NCBI GenBank assembly: GCA_021822495.1
Contig: JAKAQO010000001.1
Coordinates: forward strand, 80,297-144,296
Reading direction: 5' to 3'
Source of the DNA: a bacterium
GTDB lineage: Bacteria > Elusimicrobiota > Elusimicrobia > UBA1565 > UBA9628
Length of the DNA: 64,000 nucleotides
Shown: positions 10,637 through 21,144 of the stretch, in pieces
Position numbering within the stretch: position 1 is the stretch's first letter
Layout: each line of letters opens with the position of its first letter
Position numbers and translations under genes: made by a program
Notes under the pieces: model-generated
The model's input: the letters and a program-made list of their open reading frames with translations, nothing else
Databases searched by the model: none
What the model was told of the DNA's origin: nothing

Positions 10637-12153
10637 TTTCTTTCCCGCAGACAATAGGAACCAAACACGACAAACAAGGCTCCGAACACGACGTAAAGCG
10701 GCCAATAGGTTTGGTGCAAATTTTTCCAAAAACCTTGAGCTCCGTGAAGAGTCAAAACCCAGGCTGTCATGGCCATGAGCGCGGTCAAAAAAGTCGTCGA
10801 GAGCGCCAAAATTACGAGTCTCCTTCCTTCAATCTTCCAACCGGTTAAAATCGCGACCAAAAAAATCCCGAGCAAGGGCCCATAGGTAAACGCGGTCACG
10901 CGAAAAGCCATCCATAAAAGATTGTCCAAGCGCCTTAAAATCAGCGCAAAAACGATGAAGAAAACGCCAAAGCCCAAAAATGAAAGTTTAGAGGCTTTTA
11001 GCCGCTCCTCTTCGGAGGACTCAGGGCTAATAAAAGGACTATAAAAATCAATGACAAAAGAAGTCGACAAGGACGCCATGGCGGAATCCGCGCTTCCCAT
11101 GGCGGCGGAAAAAACCGCGGCCAGCAAAAGCCCTCTTAGTCCGCTAGGCACGACCGTCAAAATAAAGCGCGGAAAAACGTGATCAGGGTCTTTCATTCCC
11201 GCGACAAATGCGGGATAAAAATGGGCATAGGCGTAAAGAGAAGCTCCAATACTTAAAAATAGAAAAACGATCGGGATGCTTGAGATTCCCCAGAACATCA
11301 AACTTAAGCGCGCGCCTTTCTCATCCCGGCAAGCCAAGAGTCTTTGAACCATGTCCTGATCGGTTCCGTATCCGGCCGAGGAATTAAAAAACCCCCAAAC
11401 AATCATAAGACCTAGGATTCCGAGATTTTGAGGACTCAACAGATCCAAGAAGTTAAATTTATTATAGACCGTCCCATCGGGTTTAACCGCATGGCAGCCC
11501 AAAGCAATAATCGTTGAAACGCCCCCGGGGATATGAGTGGTTAGGTAAAACAAAGCCGCCAAGGCTCCCCCAATGAGAAGAAAAAATTGAACGGTGTCAG
11601 TCCACGCGACCGCCCGCCCGCCCCCTATCGTGGCATAGGCTAAAATAAGACCGACGATAATTAAAACGCTGTTTGAATAGGACAATCCTCCGCCACTGAC
11701 GACCTCAAGAACCTTGGCCACGGCCACCACGCGAACCGTCGAGGCCAAAAGGCGAGTGAGCAGGAAATAAGCCGAGGACAAAGTCCGGACGGAAGAGCCA
11801 AAACGCCGACCAATGGCCTCATAAATCGAGGTCACTCGCAATTTTTGAAAGTGCGGCAAAAAAGCGTAGGCGATAAAAAAAGTCGCGGCGATATCCCCGA
11901 AACTACTCAACAAATATCTAAAATCGGAAGAATAGCCCTCCGACGGAGTTCCAATAAAAGTAACCGCGCTCAAACAGGTGGCGACAAAGCTGGCCCAGGT
12001 CACAAAAGAGGGAATGGAACGCCCCGCCAAAAAATAATCGTCCGTATTTTTTTGAGCGCGCCGCGCGGCCCAGAAACCAATGCCGGAAAGCGTCGCGATA
12101 TAAATAACAAGAATCGCCCAATCCAAAACGCCTAAATGAATAAAATGACCCAC
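10633..12153 (-). CDS. Sodium:solute symporter family transporter
   Basis: DYFLAGRS, SAVTFIGTP, AVAWTD and DQDMVQRLL motifs. Confidence 0.9.
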   Translation of the reverse strand: MGHFIHLGVLDWAILVIYIATLSGIGFWAARRAQKNTDDYFLAGRSIPSFVTWASFVATCLSAVTFIGTPSEGYSSDFRYLLSSFGDIAATFFIAYAFLPHFQKLRVTSIYEAIGRRFGSSVRTLSSAYFLLTRLLASTVRVVAVAKVLEVVSGGGLSYSNSVLIIVGLILAYATIGGGRAVAWTDTVQFFLLIGGALAALFYLTTHIPGGVSTIIALGCHAVKPDGTVYNKFNFLDLLSPQNLGILGLMIVWGFFNSSAGYGTDQDMVQRLLACRDEKGARLSLMFWGISSIPIVFLFLSIGASLYAYAHFYPAFVAGMKDPDHVFPRFILTVVPSGLRGLLLAAVFSAAMGSADSAMASLSTSFVIDFYSPFISPESSEEERLKASKLSFLGFGVFFIVFALILRRLDNLLWMAFRVTAFTYGPLLGIFLVAILTGWKIEGRRLVILALSTTFLTALMAMTAWVLTLHGAQGFWKNLHQTYWPLYVVFGALFVVFGSYCLRERN

Positions 12154-12227
12154 ACGTCAAATTAGCATTTTAGCGATGAATCTTGGTCCCGTTCCTCAAT
12201 ATAATCTTAAGGGCGGGACAATGCCAT

Positions 12228-14615
12228 CTAAGAATGATGAGGAAAAGGCATGGGCGCCTCACCCGAGAGAAGCCGTCGAGCCGCGCCATTATCTCCCAAA
12301 ACCATTCCGCCGGCTATATCAGACTGAAACAAATAGACCACCGCTTTCCGTTTGGAAGAACGCCCAAAGGTGACGCGATAGCGAACCAAATAAACTCCCT
12401 TGGATAATTTCCCGGCGCTCCATTCTTCCTTGGCGGCTGAATCTCCTCCGAAAGCGTAATCAAACCATTTTCCGACATTCGCCTTAGGCCCCTCCAATGG
12501 ATACTGTTTGACGAGTTCAATGGATTGTTCAGATGGAGTGAGAGTTTTAGGCGTTTGAGGTTTCTCGGGACTCTGCGGGAGAGGAGAACTTAAATTTTGA
12601 GAAGGCGTAGGACTTGGATTTGAAGTCGGGCTTCCTGTTTGCGCGGAAGACGCAGGAGAAGTCACGCTCGCCGGAGAAGCCGCTGTTTGCGCCGGCGCTC
12701 CTGCTGAAGGCATAGGAAGCCCTTGAGATGGTTGCGCGCCCTGAACCGGGGGTTGAGAAGACTGATCTAAGCCTAGAGGCCTTTGAGTCGCGCCTGGGCT
12801 CAGCATGTTGCTCAAATCCTTCGGATTTCTAAAAAAGAGAAAAAATGAAACTGCCGCCAAGACAACCACCCCAAGGCCCAAAACTGGAAGAAGTTTCGAA
12901 CGAGATTTTTTCGCGGCTTTTTTCGCTTGGTTTTTATCTGGAATTGAAGAATCGGGCTTGGCAAAACGCTCCAATAAATCCTGAGAACCGGGAGCAGTCT
13001 GAAAAGGACTTGGGGCGCCCACCTCAAGCGGAGCCGAAAGATTAACGCCTTCCGAAGCGGCTCCTAAAGAAGAGGAAGGAGAACCCGGTTGATTGAAAAT
13101 CGGAGTAATCAAAGGTTCTGATGATTGACCTTGAGCGGCTTCTATGGAACTTTCAATCACGATTTGAGCGCTTGGTTCCGGACTTGGGCTTGGCGACGCC
13201 AACTGAACGGGCGTGGAGACGCCCACATCGGAAAAAGAAGGAGCTTGGATCAAGCTCTCCAGGCCTCCTGAAGAAGATGAGCTCCCGGCCAGAGGCGGAT
13301 TTTCGGGATTTTGATTGATGGTGGGAAACACAAAGGAGTTCGCGCCAGCCGAAGAAGGATTCTCAACAGCAGGCGCCGACGCTTCAGAAGCAACCGAAAC
13401 AGGCGCATCTTGAGCGGATACGGCCGGAGTTAATTCTAATCCGGGACCATTTTGCGGCGCAGGCAATTCTTGAGGCGGCTCTTCCGAAATAGAAGGAGCT
13501 TGAGACTGAGGGACCGCCAATTCCAAAGAAGAGGGCAATGGGGATTCAAGCTCCATCGGCGGTGAAGTTTCGACGGCTTCAACCGAAGAAGCCGAAGACG
13601 CCTGGATCGGCGGGAGGTTCGTTTCTTGAGACATCGGCTCGGAAACGTGAAGGGCTAAATCTTGATTTTCTTGAACGCCTTCATCAACAATTTCGAAAGA
13701 ATCTCCCATCTGAATTTGCAAACCGCCGCCGGTTGATTCAGCGGCTTCTCTGGAAGAATCCCAAGATTCTCCTACCTGAAAGTGAAGTTCCCCTGCCGGA
13801 GCTTCCTCCTGATGAATTGGCTCTTGTTCAACGGGAGCTGAATCTGAAACCTTCTCCGGAAGCGCTGGCAAAACTGCCGCCATGTCGCTGATTTCCTTAT
13901 TTTCTCTTTCTTTCGCGGAAATAGAAGCCTCCTGCGCTTTTTCCCCTTCATTTTGAGGCATGGCCTCTTCTTGAGCTAAAGAGGGAGGGAGAGGCTTAAG
14001 ATTTAATTGAACAGGCTCCGGCGGAGGAGGCGACGGCATTTGAACCGCCAATGGCGGAGAAACGGAAGGCGGATGAGGAATTAAAACGGCCAGAGATTCC
14101 ATCGCAATAGGCGAAGCGTCTTTGGCCTGTTCCACTCTTCTCAGGGATTCGATTTTTTCTTCGAGCGTTTGCAAATAACGCTTGAGTTCCTCAAAATCAG
14201 ATCGGCTCGGCTCCATGCGTGATTCCGCAGGAGCCGCCGGAGGATTTGAAGACTCGGACTTCCGAGGCTCCATTTCAAAAAGAGAGGTTTCCGGGACATC
14301 AAACAAGACGTCTTTTGTTTTCTTATTAATCTCCGAAAACTTTTCCCTGCTCTTTTCTACGCCCTTTCTGAAAAAGGGAGCAGCCCATTTTAATTCGTCA
14401 AACTCCTCATTTAAAGATTGCCCTTCATTGACAAGGAAATCAACGGGAAAAGACTTTTCTCCAACTAAATCCGTTAGCGAATACCAGCGTCCATCGGGAA
14501 GGCCCGATTCCTCTTCGCAAATCAAGGCATCGGGGTCTACCCTTAAGGATAATCGGATATCATCTAGTTTATACGGGCCGGAAACTTGATGGTCTCTGTA
14601 GAGATAATAAGGCAT
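12228..14615 (-). CDS. GYF_2-like N-terminal domain protein with long Pro/Ser/Glu-rich region, TM helix and C-terminal domain
   Basis: N-terminus YYLYRDHQVSGPY...ALIC...W, low-complexity middle, and hydrophobic LLPVLGLGVVVLAAVSFFLFF. Confidence 0.7.
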   Translation of the reverse strand: MPYYLYRDHQVSGPYKLDDIRLSLRVDPDALICEEESGLPDGRWYSLTDLVGEKSFPVDFLVNEGQSLNEEFDELKWAAPFFRKGVEKSREKFSEINKKTKDVLFDVPETSLFEMEPRKSESSNPPAAPAESRMEPSRSDFEELKRYLQTLEEKIESLRRVEQAKDASPIAMESLAVLIPHPPSVSPPLAVQMPSPPPPEPVQLNLKPLPPSLAQEEAMPQNEGEKAQEASISAKERENKEISDMAAVLPALPEKVSDSAPVEQEPIHQEEAPAGELHFQVGESWDSSREAAESTGGGLQIQMGDSFEIVDEGVQENQDLALHVSEPMSQETNLPPIQASSASSVEAVETSPPMELESPLPSSLELAVPQSQAPSISEEPPQELPAPQNGPGLELTPAVSAQDAPVSVASEASAPAVENPSSAGANSFVFPTINQNPENPPLAGSSSSSGGLESLIQAPSFSDVGVSTPVQLASPSPSPEPSAQIVIESSIEAAQGQSSEPLITPIFNQPGSPSSSLGAASEGVNLSAPLEVGAPSPFQTAPGSQDLLERFAKPDSSIPDKNQAKKAAKKSRSKLLPVLGLGVVVLAAVSFFLFFRNPKDLSNMLSPGATQRPLGLDQSSQPPVQGAQPSQGLPMPSAGAPAQTAASPASVTSPASSAQTGSPTSNPSPTPSQNLSSPLPQSPEKPQTPKTLTPSEQSIELVKQYPLEGPKANVGKWFDYAFGGDSAAKEEWSAGKLSKGVYLVRYRVTFGRSSKRKAVVYLFQSDIAGGMVLGDNGAARRLLSGEAPMPFPHHS

Positions 14616-14680
14616 AGAAATTAAATAGCGCTAACCGCTAAAAAGAAGTGTAGATGAAAGTTGTTAAAAATTCAATACAT

Positions 14681-14719
14681 AAAAAAATCCCCCCTCTCAC
14701 GATAGAGAAGGGGGATTTT
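14681..14719 (-). terminator. Intrinsic terminator after dksA
   Basis: Minus strand reads AAAATCCCCCTTCTC-TATCGT-GAGAGGGGGGATTTTTTT, just after the stop. Confidence 0.8.
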
Positions 14720-14737
14720 ATCGTTTTTCGTTTTGAA

Positions 14738-15208
14738 TTAGCTCGCCGCGCCGAAGTCGGAATCCTTGTCGTCGCCGCCGACTGCGACATCCGCCAATTC
14801 TTCCGCGGATTCCTCAAAGGAAGCGTGCTCAGAAGCGCTTTGGCAAGAAATGCAGTAGCGGGCAAAAGGAAGGGCTTTCAACCGGGGTTTTGGAATCGGA
14901 TTGTGACAAGATTCGCATAGCCCGTAAATTCCTTTCTCGATCTTCCTGATCGCGGCCTCGATTTGATCCAAGGTCACGCGCTCATTATCCGACAGTTCGA
15001 AAATAAGCTCTTTTTCTGTTGAGAGATTGGCCTGGTCCATGGAATCTCCCATTTCGGAATCATCCGGCAATGACTTTCTGGACACGGTTTTCAGAAGATC
15101 CTCTTTCATGGCCAAAAGCTCTTTATGGATAGCGGAAAAATTCCCGGAGACGGCGGGTTTGGCGGACGTTTTTTTTGAAACTATTTTTCTCTTGGTTGCG
15201 GTTTTCAT
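14738..15208 (-). CDS. dksA: DksA/TraR C4 zinc-finger transcription factor
   Basis: DSMDQA coiled-coil tip and YGLCESC...RLKALPFARYCISC. Confidence 0.88.
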   Translation of the reverse strand: MKTATKRKIVSKKTSAKPAVSGNFSAIHKELLAMKEDLLKTVSRKSLPDDSEMGDSMDQANLSTEKELIFELSDNERVTLDQIEAAIRKIEKGIYGLCESCHNPIPKPRLKALPFARYCISCQSASEHASFEESAEELADVAVGGDDKDSDFGAAS

Positions 15209-15292
15209 GGATTTGCTCCTTTATTTCTATTCGGACAAACTTAATACGCTAAGAAACGCAAAAAGTTCATTCTCACAAATTAGCATATTTTT

Positions 15293-16762
15293 TTAAATTT
15301 TACCCGCGGTCAAAAGCCGACAAGACTCCTTTAGTCTTTGGACAACCTCATCCCGTCCAAAAACCTCCAGCATCAAAAACAGGGTGGGGCCGTCAGTTCG
15401 CCCTGAAACGGCCGCGCGCAAAGGATGAAAAACCTGCCCGGCTTTAAAGCCTTTTTCCTGGGCGTATTGACGCACGGCGCCCTCGATGGCCTTTTCCTTA
15501 AATTCGGGCAATTTCTCAAGACGAACGGACAAATCCTCAAGAATACCGGGCGCCTCGGGGTTTGAGAGAGATTTTTCCCGCGCTTGAGAAGTCAATTCCA
15601 AGGGTTTATAGAAAAAATTAATCAAGCCTGGAATCTCAGTCAACTTCTTATATTTCTGATGTTCCAAGGAAATCGCGGACTCCAAGGAAGGAGAACCGGA
15701 AGCGGGCTTAATTCCGGACTGTTCGAGAAAAGGCTCGGCGGCCTTGACAAGTTCAGTAATCGGCATTTTGCGAATATATTCTCCGTTCATCCAAGTGAGC
15801 TTAACGTTATCAAAGGTCGCGGGGTTTTTCTGGCAACCTTCGATGTCAAAACTCGAAATAAGTTCGTCATAAGAGAATAAATCCTGGGAATTTTTCGTGG
15901 CCCAGCCTAAAAGCGCGAGGTAATTTCTCAAGGCTCCGGGAATAAAGCCCTCGTTTTTATATTCCAAAACCGAGGTCGCTCCGTGGCGTTTGGAGAGTTT
16001 GGCGCCGTCCGGCCCCAAAATCATGGATAAATGAGCGAAAGCCGGAGGCGTCCATCCCAAGGCCTCGTAAAGTTTTAACTGGGACGGGGTATTGGACAAA
16101 TGCTCGTCTCCACGAATAACATGGCTAATCTCCATTAAATGGTCATCAATGACGCAGGCAAAATTGTAGGTCGGGACTCCGCTGGTCTTGATAATGACAA
16201 AATCCTGAAGAAGATTGTTTTCAAAGGAGACCTTGTCGCGAATCAGATCGTCTACAACCGTCGTTCCAGAATCCGGCATCTTAAAGCGAATGGAGTACTT
16301 TTTACCAGACGCGTCATAATCTTCTTTCTGTTTTTCGCTCAGATTCCGGCACCTGCCGTCGTAGCGCGGCGGACGTTTTTCCAACGTAGCCAAGCGGCGC
16401 ATTTCATCCAAATCCTCTTTCGAACAATAGCAACGATAGGCCTTTCCATCCCGCATTAACTGATCCAGAAATTTCTTGTAGATGTCCAGGCGTTGCATTT
16501 GAAAATAAGGCTTATAGGGGCCATCACTCAAGCGACTGTCCTTGGGACCCTCGTCCCAATTAAGTCCCAGCCAGCGGATGGAATCGAGAATGGCTTGAAC
16601 GGAATCTTCGGTCGAGCGCACCTCGTCGGTATCCTCGATTCTAAGGACGAAGGTTCCCTGATGTTTTCGCGCAAAAAGCCAGTTAAAAAGGGCCGTCCGC
16701 GCCCCGCCAATATGAAGAAATCCCGTTGGAGATGGAGCAAAACGAGTTCTTATTTTATTCAT
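15293..16762 (-). CDS. gltX: Glutamate--tRNA ligase
   Basis: RFAPSPTGFLHIGG and KLSKR motifs. Confidence 0.97.
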   Translation of the reverse strand: MNKIRTRFAPSPTGFLHIGGARTALFNWLFARKHQGTFVLRIEDTDEVRSTEDSVQAILDSIRWLGLNWDEGPKDSRLSDGPYKPYFQMQRLDIYKKFLDQLMRDGKAYRCYCSKEDLDEMRRLATLEKRPPRYDGRCRNLSEKQKEDYDASGKKYSIRFKMPDSGTTVVDDLIRDKVSFENNLLQDFVIIKTSGVPTYNFACVIDDHLMEISHVIRGDEHLSNTPSQLKLYEALGWTPPAFAHLSMILGPDGAKLSKRHGATSVLEYKNEGFIPGALRNYLALLGWATKNSQDLFSYDELISSFDIEGCQKNPATFDNVKLTWMNGEYIRKMPITELVKAAEPFLEQSGIKPASGSPSLESAISLEHQKYKKLTEIPGLINFFYKPLELTSQAREKSLSNPEAPGILEDLSVRLEKLPEFKEKAIEGAVRQYAQEKGFKAGQVFHPLRAAVSGRTDGPTLFLMLEVFGRDEVVQRLKESCRLLTAGKI

Positions 16763-18438
16763 CTTTTCCCTGCCTTTTCCATAGATTCTTTTTCAACTCC
16801 CAAAAGTTCTCGGGCATGTCGGCGGCTGGTCTCGGTCGGGGTCCCTCCCAGCATCACCGCCAAAACCTCAAGGCGGTCATCGCCCAATAATCGCCGAACC
16901 TGGGTTTTTGCCGCTTTCAATCCCATTTCTTTTGAAACATGAAATTGGGTTTGAGCCAGGCTCGCAACCTGGGGCAAATGGGTCACGCATAAAATTTGGC
17001 GCCCCTGGGCTAAACGAAGGAGCTTATCTCCAACGGCGCGAGCCGCCGCGCCGCCCACGCCCGCGTCCACTTCGTCAAAAATCAAAATCGGAGTCTTATC
17101 CGCTTTAGCCAAAACCGTTTTAAGCCCCAACATCACGCGCGACAATTCTCCGCCGGAAGCGGTTTCTCTCAAAGGTCTCAGCGGAGAACCGGGATTGGCG
17201 GAAAACATAAACTCAATGGCATCCCCGCCAAAGGCATGATACTGCCCGTCTTCCATCTCAACTGAAATTTTAAATTCCGCGTGCAAAAGGCCCAAGCCTT
17301 TGAATTCAAGCGCCAGGGCTTTCTCGAGTTTTTTGGCCCCTTGAGTTCTCCGAAGATGAAGTTCCTCGCACAAGCTCTTTAAATGAGACTCCGCTTTATT
17401 TTTTTGGCGTTCAAGTTCTTCCAGTCCCGCGGCCCTATTTTCAAGGCGAAACACTTCCTCGGCCAAAATGTTTTTCTCGTTTAGAAGTCCGGGGAAATCT
17501 TTCCCATACTTTTTCTTCAACCGCGCGATTTGGTCCAAGCGCTCAAGGATTGAATCAAGCTTCGCCGGGTCGAGACTTAAATGGGATTGATACTCCGACA
17601 AAGTCTCGGAAATATTTGAAAGGGTAATCCTCGCTTCCGACAAAGAGGTCTTCAAGGGCTCTAAAGACGCGTCCATCTTGGCTAGTTCCTGTATTTGGCG
17701 ATCCAGCTCTTGAATCTGAGCCAGACAAGAGGATTCCCTAGCGTATAATATCCCGTAGGCCTCTAAAGCCGCGGATTTTAGACGTTCCGCGTTTCTCAAA
17801 GCGGGAAGTTCCGTCTCTAATTTTTCTTCCTCGCCTTCCTTTAAGTTGGCCGCCTCAAGCTCAGACAAGCGAAACCGGAGGTATTCCAATTTCTCGCTTC
17901 TTTCCGCCTCCGATAAATTCAAAGATTCGATCTGGCGCCTGAGGGTTGACCAGTTATCGAAAGCGACCTTCACTTCCTTGAGGAGCCCCTCTTGCTCCGA
18001 AAAAGAATCCAAAAATTCCCGCTGAAACGCCGGCTTCATCAGCTTCTGGTGCTGGTTTTGCCCGTGAAAATCAATCAGCGAATCCGCCAGTTGAGACAAT
18101 GCCGCGGATGAAACAGCTTCGTCATTAACAAAGGCCCGGCTTTTTCCGCTCTCATCCATTTCGCGGCGAATGCGGATATCCAAACTCTGCTTAGCCGCTT
18201 TTCCCGGCAACGACCGCGCCCAATCTCCGGAATCAAAAACAGCCTCGATTTGAAGCGTCTTCGCCCCTGGACGAACCCAAGCCGAGCTGCCCCGTCCGCC
18301 CATTAAAAACCCCAAGGCTTCCATTAAGATAGATTTTCCAGCTCCGGTTTCTCCCGTCAGAACGTTAAAACCGGCGGAAAAATCAAGCGCGGCTTCCTCG
18401 ATGACGGCGAAATTTTTAACGCGGAGAGTTCTAAGCAT
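16759..18438 (-). CDS. recN: DNA repair protein RecN
   Basis: LTGETGAGKS, ASGGELSR, FDEVDAG and CVTHLPQVA. The start at MLRTL overlaps the nadK stop. Confidence 0.95.
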   Translation of the reverse strand: MLRTLRVKNFAVIEEAALDFSAGFNVLTGETGAGKSILMEALGFLMGGRGSSAWVRPGAKTLQIEAVFDSGDWARSLPGKAAKQSLDIRIRREMDESGKSRAFVNDEAVSSAALSQLADSLIDFHGQNQHQKLMKPAFQREFLDSFSEQEGLLKEVKVAFDNWSTLRRQIESLNLSEAERSEKLEYLRFRLSELEAANLKEGEEEKLETELPALRNAERLKSAALEAYGILYARESSCLAQIQELDRQIQELAKMDASLEPLKTSLSEARITLSNISETLSEYQSHLSLDPAKLDSILERLDQIARLKKKYGKDFPGLLNEKNILAEEVFRLENRAAGLEELERQKNKAESHLKSLCEELHLRRTQGAKKLEKALALEFKGLGLLHAEFKISVEMEDGQYHAFGGDAIEFMFSANPGSPLRPLRETASGGELSRVMLGLKTVLAKADKTPILIFDEVDAGVGGAAARAVGDKLLRLAQGRQILCVTHLPQVASLAQTQFHVSKEMGLKAAKTQVRRLLGDDRLEVLAVMLGGTPTETSRRHARELLGVEKESMEKAGKR

Positions 18439-19286
18439 TATCTTTCTCCCCAATGGATTTTACGCCTCAAGGTCTCATAATAAGAAGATTCCGGACTGAG
18501 CAAAATTTTAAGCGGCTTTTTAAACCGGCGAATATGAACCTCATCTTCCGCATCCATCGGACGGGAAATTTGTCCGTCTATGGAAAGAAAAACTTGGGGA
18601 ATATCGTTGGAGCGGCGTTTGCGCAAAACAACGGAGACGCATTCCGAGGCTGGGAAGATAAGCGGGCGATGCGTCATCGCGTGGGAACAGATAGGCAAGG
18701 ACAATAGAACCTGTAACGACGGCTCGACGAGCGGCCCAGAAGCCGCCAGGGCGTACGCGCTTGAACCCGTGGGAGTTGAAACAATCAACCCATCTCCCAA
18801 ATAATCCGCGATTTTAAGGCCTTCCGATTTCATTTCCAAAAGGACCGCGCGCGCTTGATCCCCGCAACGAATCACGCAGTCATTGAGGGCCAAGACGGGG
18901 CCAAAAATTTTTTCATTGGCGCGCCGCAATTCCGCTTCAATCATCAGGCGACTTTCCATCCGAAACCCTCCGGAGAAAATTTCAGAAATTCGACGAGAAA
19001 AATCAGAAGCCTCAAGGCCGGCCAAAAAACCAAGCCCCCCCGAGTTGACGCCTAAAAGAGGAATTCCCAATGGCGCGACAGAGCGCGCCGCTTTGAGCAT
19101 CGTTCCATCTCCGCCAACCGCAATCGCTAAATCGGAGCGGACAAGGCCATTTGAAAAATCAGAGGCGCCTTCCGCATTAATCAAAATGCGATGCGAACGC
19201 AAGACCTGGGCCACTTTTTTGAAGTTGTAAACCGCCTCAGGCTTTTCAGCGTTTAAGAAGATGGAGACCGACTTAAAATGTCGCAT
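18438..19286 (-). CDS. nadK: NAD(+) kinase
   Basis: GGDGT, ALND and DGLIVSTPTGSSAY motifs. Confidence 0.95.
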   Translation of the reverse strand: MRHFKSVSIFLNAEKPEAVYNFKKVAQVLRSHRILINAEGASDFSNGLVRSDLAIAVGGDGTMLKAARSVAPLGIPLLGVNSGGLGFLAGLEASDFSRRISEIFSGGFRMESRLMIEAELRRANEKIFGPVLALNDCVIRCGDQARAVLLEMKSEGLKIADYLGDGLIVSTPTGSSAYALAASGPLVEPSLQVLLSLPICSHAMTHRPLIFPASECVSVVLRKRRSNDIPQVFLSIDGQISRPMDAEDEVHIRRFKKPLKILLSPESSYYETLRRKIHWGER

Positions 19287-21084
19287 TGATTTTAATCCCG
19301 CGGTTATAAATCTTCGCCCTCACCGCGCGGCGGCGCAGCGAATTGATTATATCAAACTTCCTTCCTCCCTCTTGAATCATGGGAGGTTGGAAATAAAAAC
19401 GCCAAACCCCTCTGGAAATTTTAAAATCCGCGCTCTCGCGCGAAATAGAAGCAATTTTTAAATGAGTGGCAAGATTTTCCGCGCCAGCGAGAGACGCGGG
19501 AGAGAGCAAAAAAAGAGTCTTGATTTTACGAATGCCTTTCGAGTGGAGAATCCTAAGAATGGCTCCTGTTTTCCGGCTTGATAAGACCAAGGATGGTTCA
19601 TGGCCCTTTTCACAAATCAAGGCCGCTTGACCATCATCAAGACTGAAATAACTTACTTCCAAAAGCGGCTGGGAAACTTTAACTATGAACTTATGGAAGA
19701 CAAAAATCATCAAAGCCAGGGAGGCCAGGCTCGCGGAAACTTTCCACTTGGGAGCAATTAGAACCGCGAGAACGAACAGGTAATAAACAAGGATTGAGAC
19801 CTCGTTCCAGCGGGACAAATAAACGAAAGAAAACGGAAGTCCCGAAAAAAACCGGCAGACGCCGCAAAAAAATGACAATTCTCCTTTTAGAGCCCAGGTC
19901 AAAAGACAAGACAAAAGTTCAATGCGCATTAAGACGCTCAACCATAAAAAAATCCCGCCCAACATGAAAGCCCCCGCCAAAGGAAACAAAATCAAATTAG
20001 CCAGGGCTCCCAGGAAAGGGGCTCGCCCAAATCCGACGGCAAATATCGGCCAAAGGGCGATTTCAACAATCAAGGTCGCGCCCAGTATCTGAGAAACCCG
20101 CCCAAGCCAAGATTTTCCCCTCGCTTTCTCCCCGCGTTCCCAATGGGAAAATCCGATAATAAGCGCGAAAGCGGCCGCATAGCTCATCTGAAAGCCCATT
20201 GAAAACAAAGACAATGGATTCCACAAAAGTTCAACCCAGGCCGCGAGCGTCAAGGCTTGAAACGGAACCGCGTCTTTCCCGCTTCTCAGTCCCCATTCAA
20301 AAAACAGGGCGGCAAAAAGAGCCCTCGTATAAGGCGGATCTCCGCCCACGGCGGCGGCATAAAAACCGCCGCCTAAAGCGGCGATAAAAAGGCGCGGGAA
20401 GGGCCTTAAGGCCGCAAGGCGGCCCAAAAACCAAACTCCCGCCAAAACTAATGCGACCTTAGTCCCGGAGGGAACCAAAAGATGCATGACACCCGCATCC
20501 TGAATTTGCCGGTTGAGAATTTTTGGTAAGCGTCCTTTAATCCCCAAGACCATCCCGCTTAAAAGTCGCGCGTCAACCCCATTGAGGCGCGAATTAAAAG
20601 CCTTCTGAAGGGATTTTCTAAACGATGCCGCCCATGATAAAACCGTCCAGCGCGCATTGATCGGATGGGAAACCCAATGCAACGCATAAGCGTTGAGCTC
20701 ATAGGAGATTCCGTTGACGGAAAAGAAAGAACGGACGTCAAAATCCCCGGGGTTTCGCGCGGGTTCGGGAGTCTTAAGCTGGCCTTTAACCCAAACAATA
20801 TCTCCGGGAGAAAGGTCTGCTAATGGAAAATTTCGCGGGAAACGCGCTAAGACAAGCCCTTGAAGCCGCGAGTTAAGAATTTTCCCTTCGAAAGTCCATC
20901 CACCCCACCCCTCCCGGCCCGGCGTTTTAGCCAATATCTCAAAGCTGGCCCCAAAGTAAAGCGGGGGCCTTGCATTGCGCGCGAAATGAACGCCTAAATA
21001 CCCAAAACGATAGGCCACCGACAAAATGGCCATATAAAGGCAAAGCCCGATAAAAGAAGCCCGGCGGAAATAGCAAAGCGGCAT
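19273..21084 (-). CDS. comEC: ComEC/Rec2 competence protein (divergent)
   Basis: OB-fold segment (NPGDFD), Competence domain (HLLVPSG, GFQMSY, LANL) and a degenerate C-terminal domain. Confidence 0.85.
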   Translation of the reverse strand: MPLCYFRRASFIGLCLYMAILSVAYRFGYLGVHFARNARPPLYFGASFEILAKTPGREGWGGWTFEGKILNSRLQGLVLARFPRNFPLADLSPGDIVWVKGQLKTPEPARNPGDFDVRSFFSVNGISYELNAYALHWVSHPINARWTVLSWAASFRKSLQKAFNSRLNGVDARLLSGMVLGIKGRLPKILNRQIQDAGVMHLLVPSGTKVALVLAGVWFLGRLAALRPFPRLFIAALGGGFYAAAVGGDPPYTRALFAALFFEWGLRSGKDAVPFQALTLAAWVELLWNPLSLFSMGFQMSYAAAFALIIGFSHWERGEKARGKSWLGRVSQILGATLIVEIALWPIFAVGFGRAPFLGALANLILFPLAGAFMLGGIFLWLSVLMRIELLSCLLTWALKGELSFFCGVCRFFSGLPFSFVYLSRWNEVSILVYYLFVLAVLIAPKWKVSASLASLALMIFVFHKFIVKVSQPLLEVSYFSLDDGQAALICEKGHEPSLVLSSRKTGAILRILHSKGIRKIKTLFLLSPASLAGAENLATHLKIASISRESADFKISRGVWRFYFQPPMIQEGGRKFDIINSLRRRAVRAKIYNRGIKINATF

Positions 21085-21144
21085 ACCTCTCTTACGGCCT
21101 TAAGCCCTCATTTGTTCCCTGGAATTTCTGGAGATCAGGAAAGT

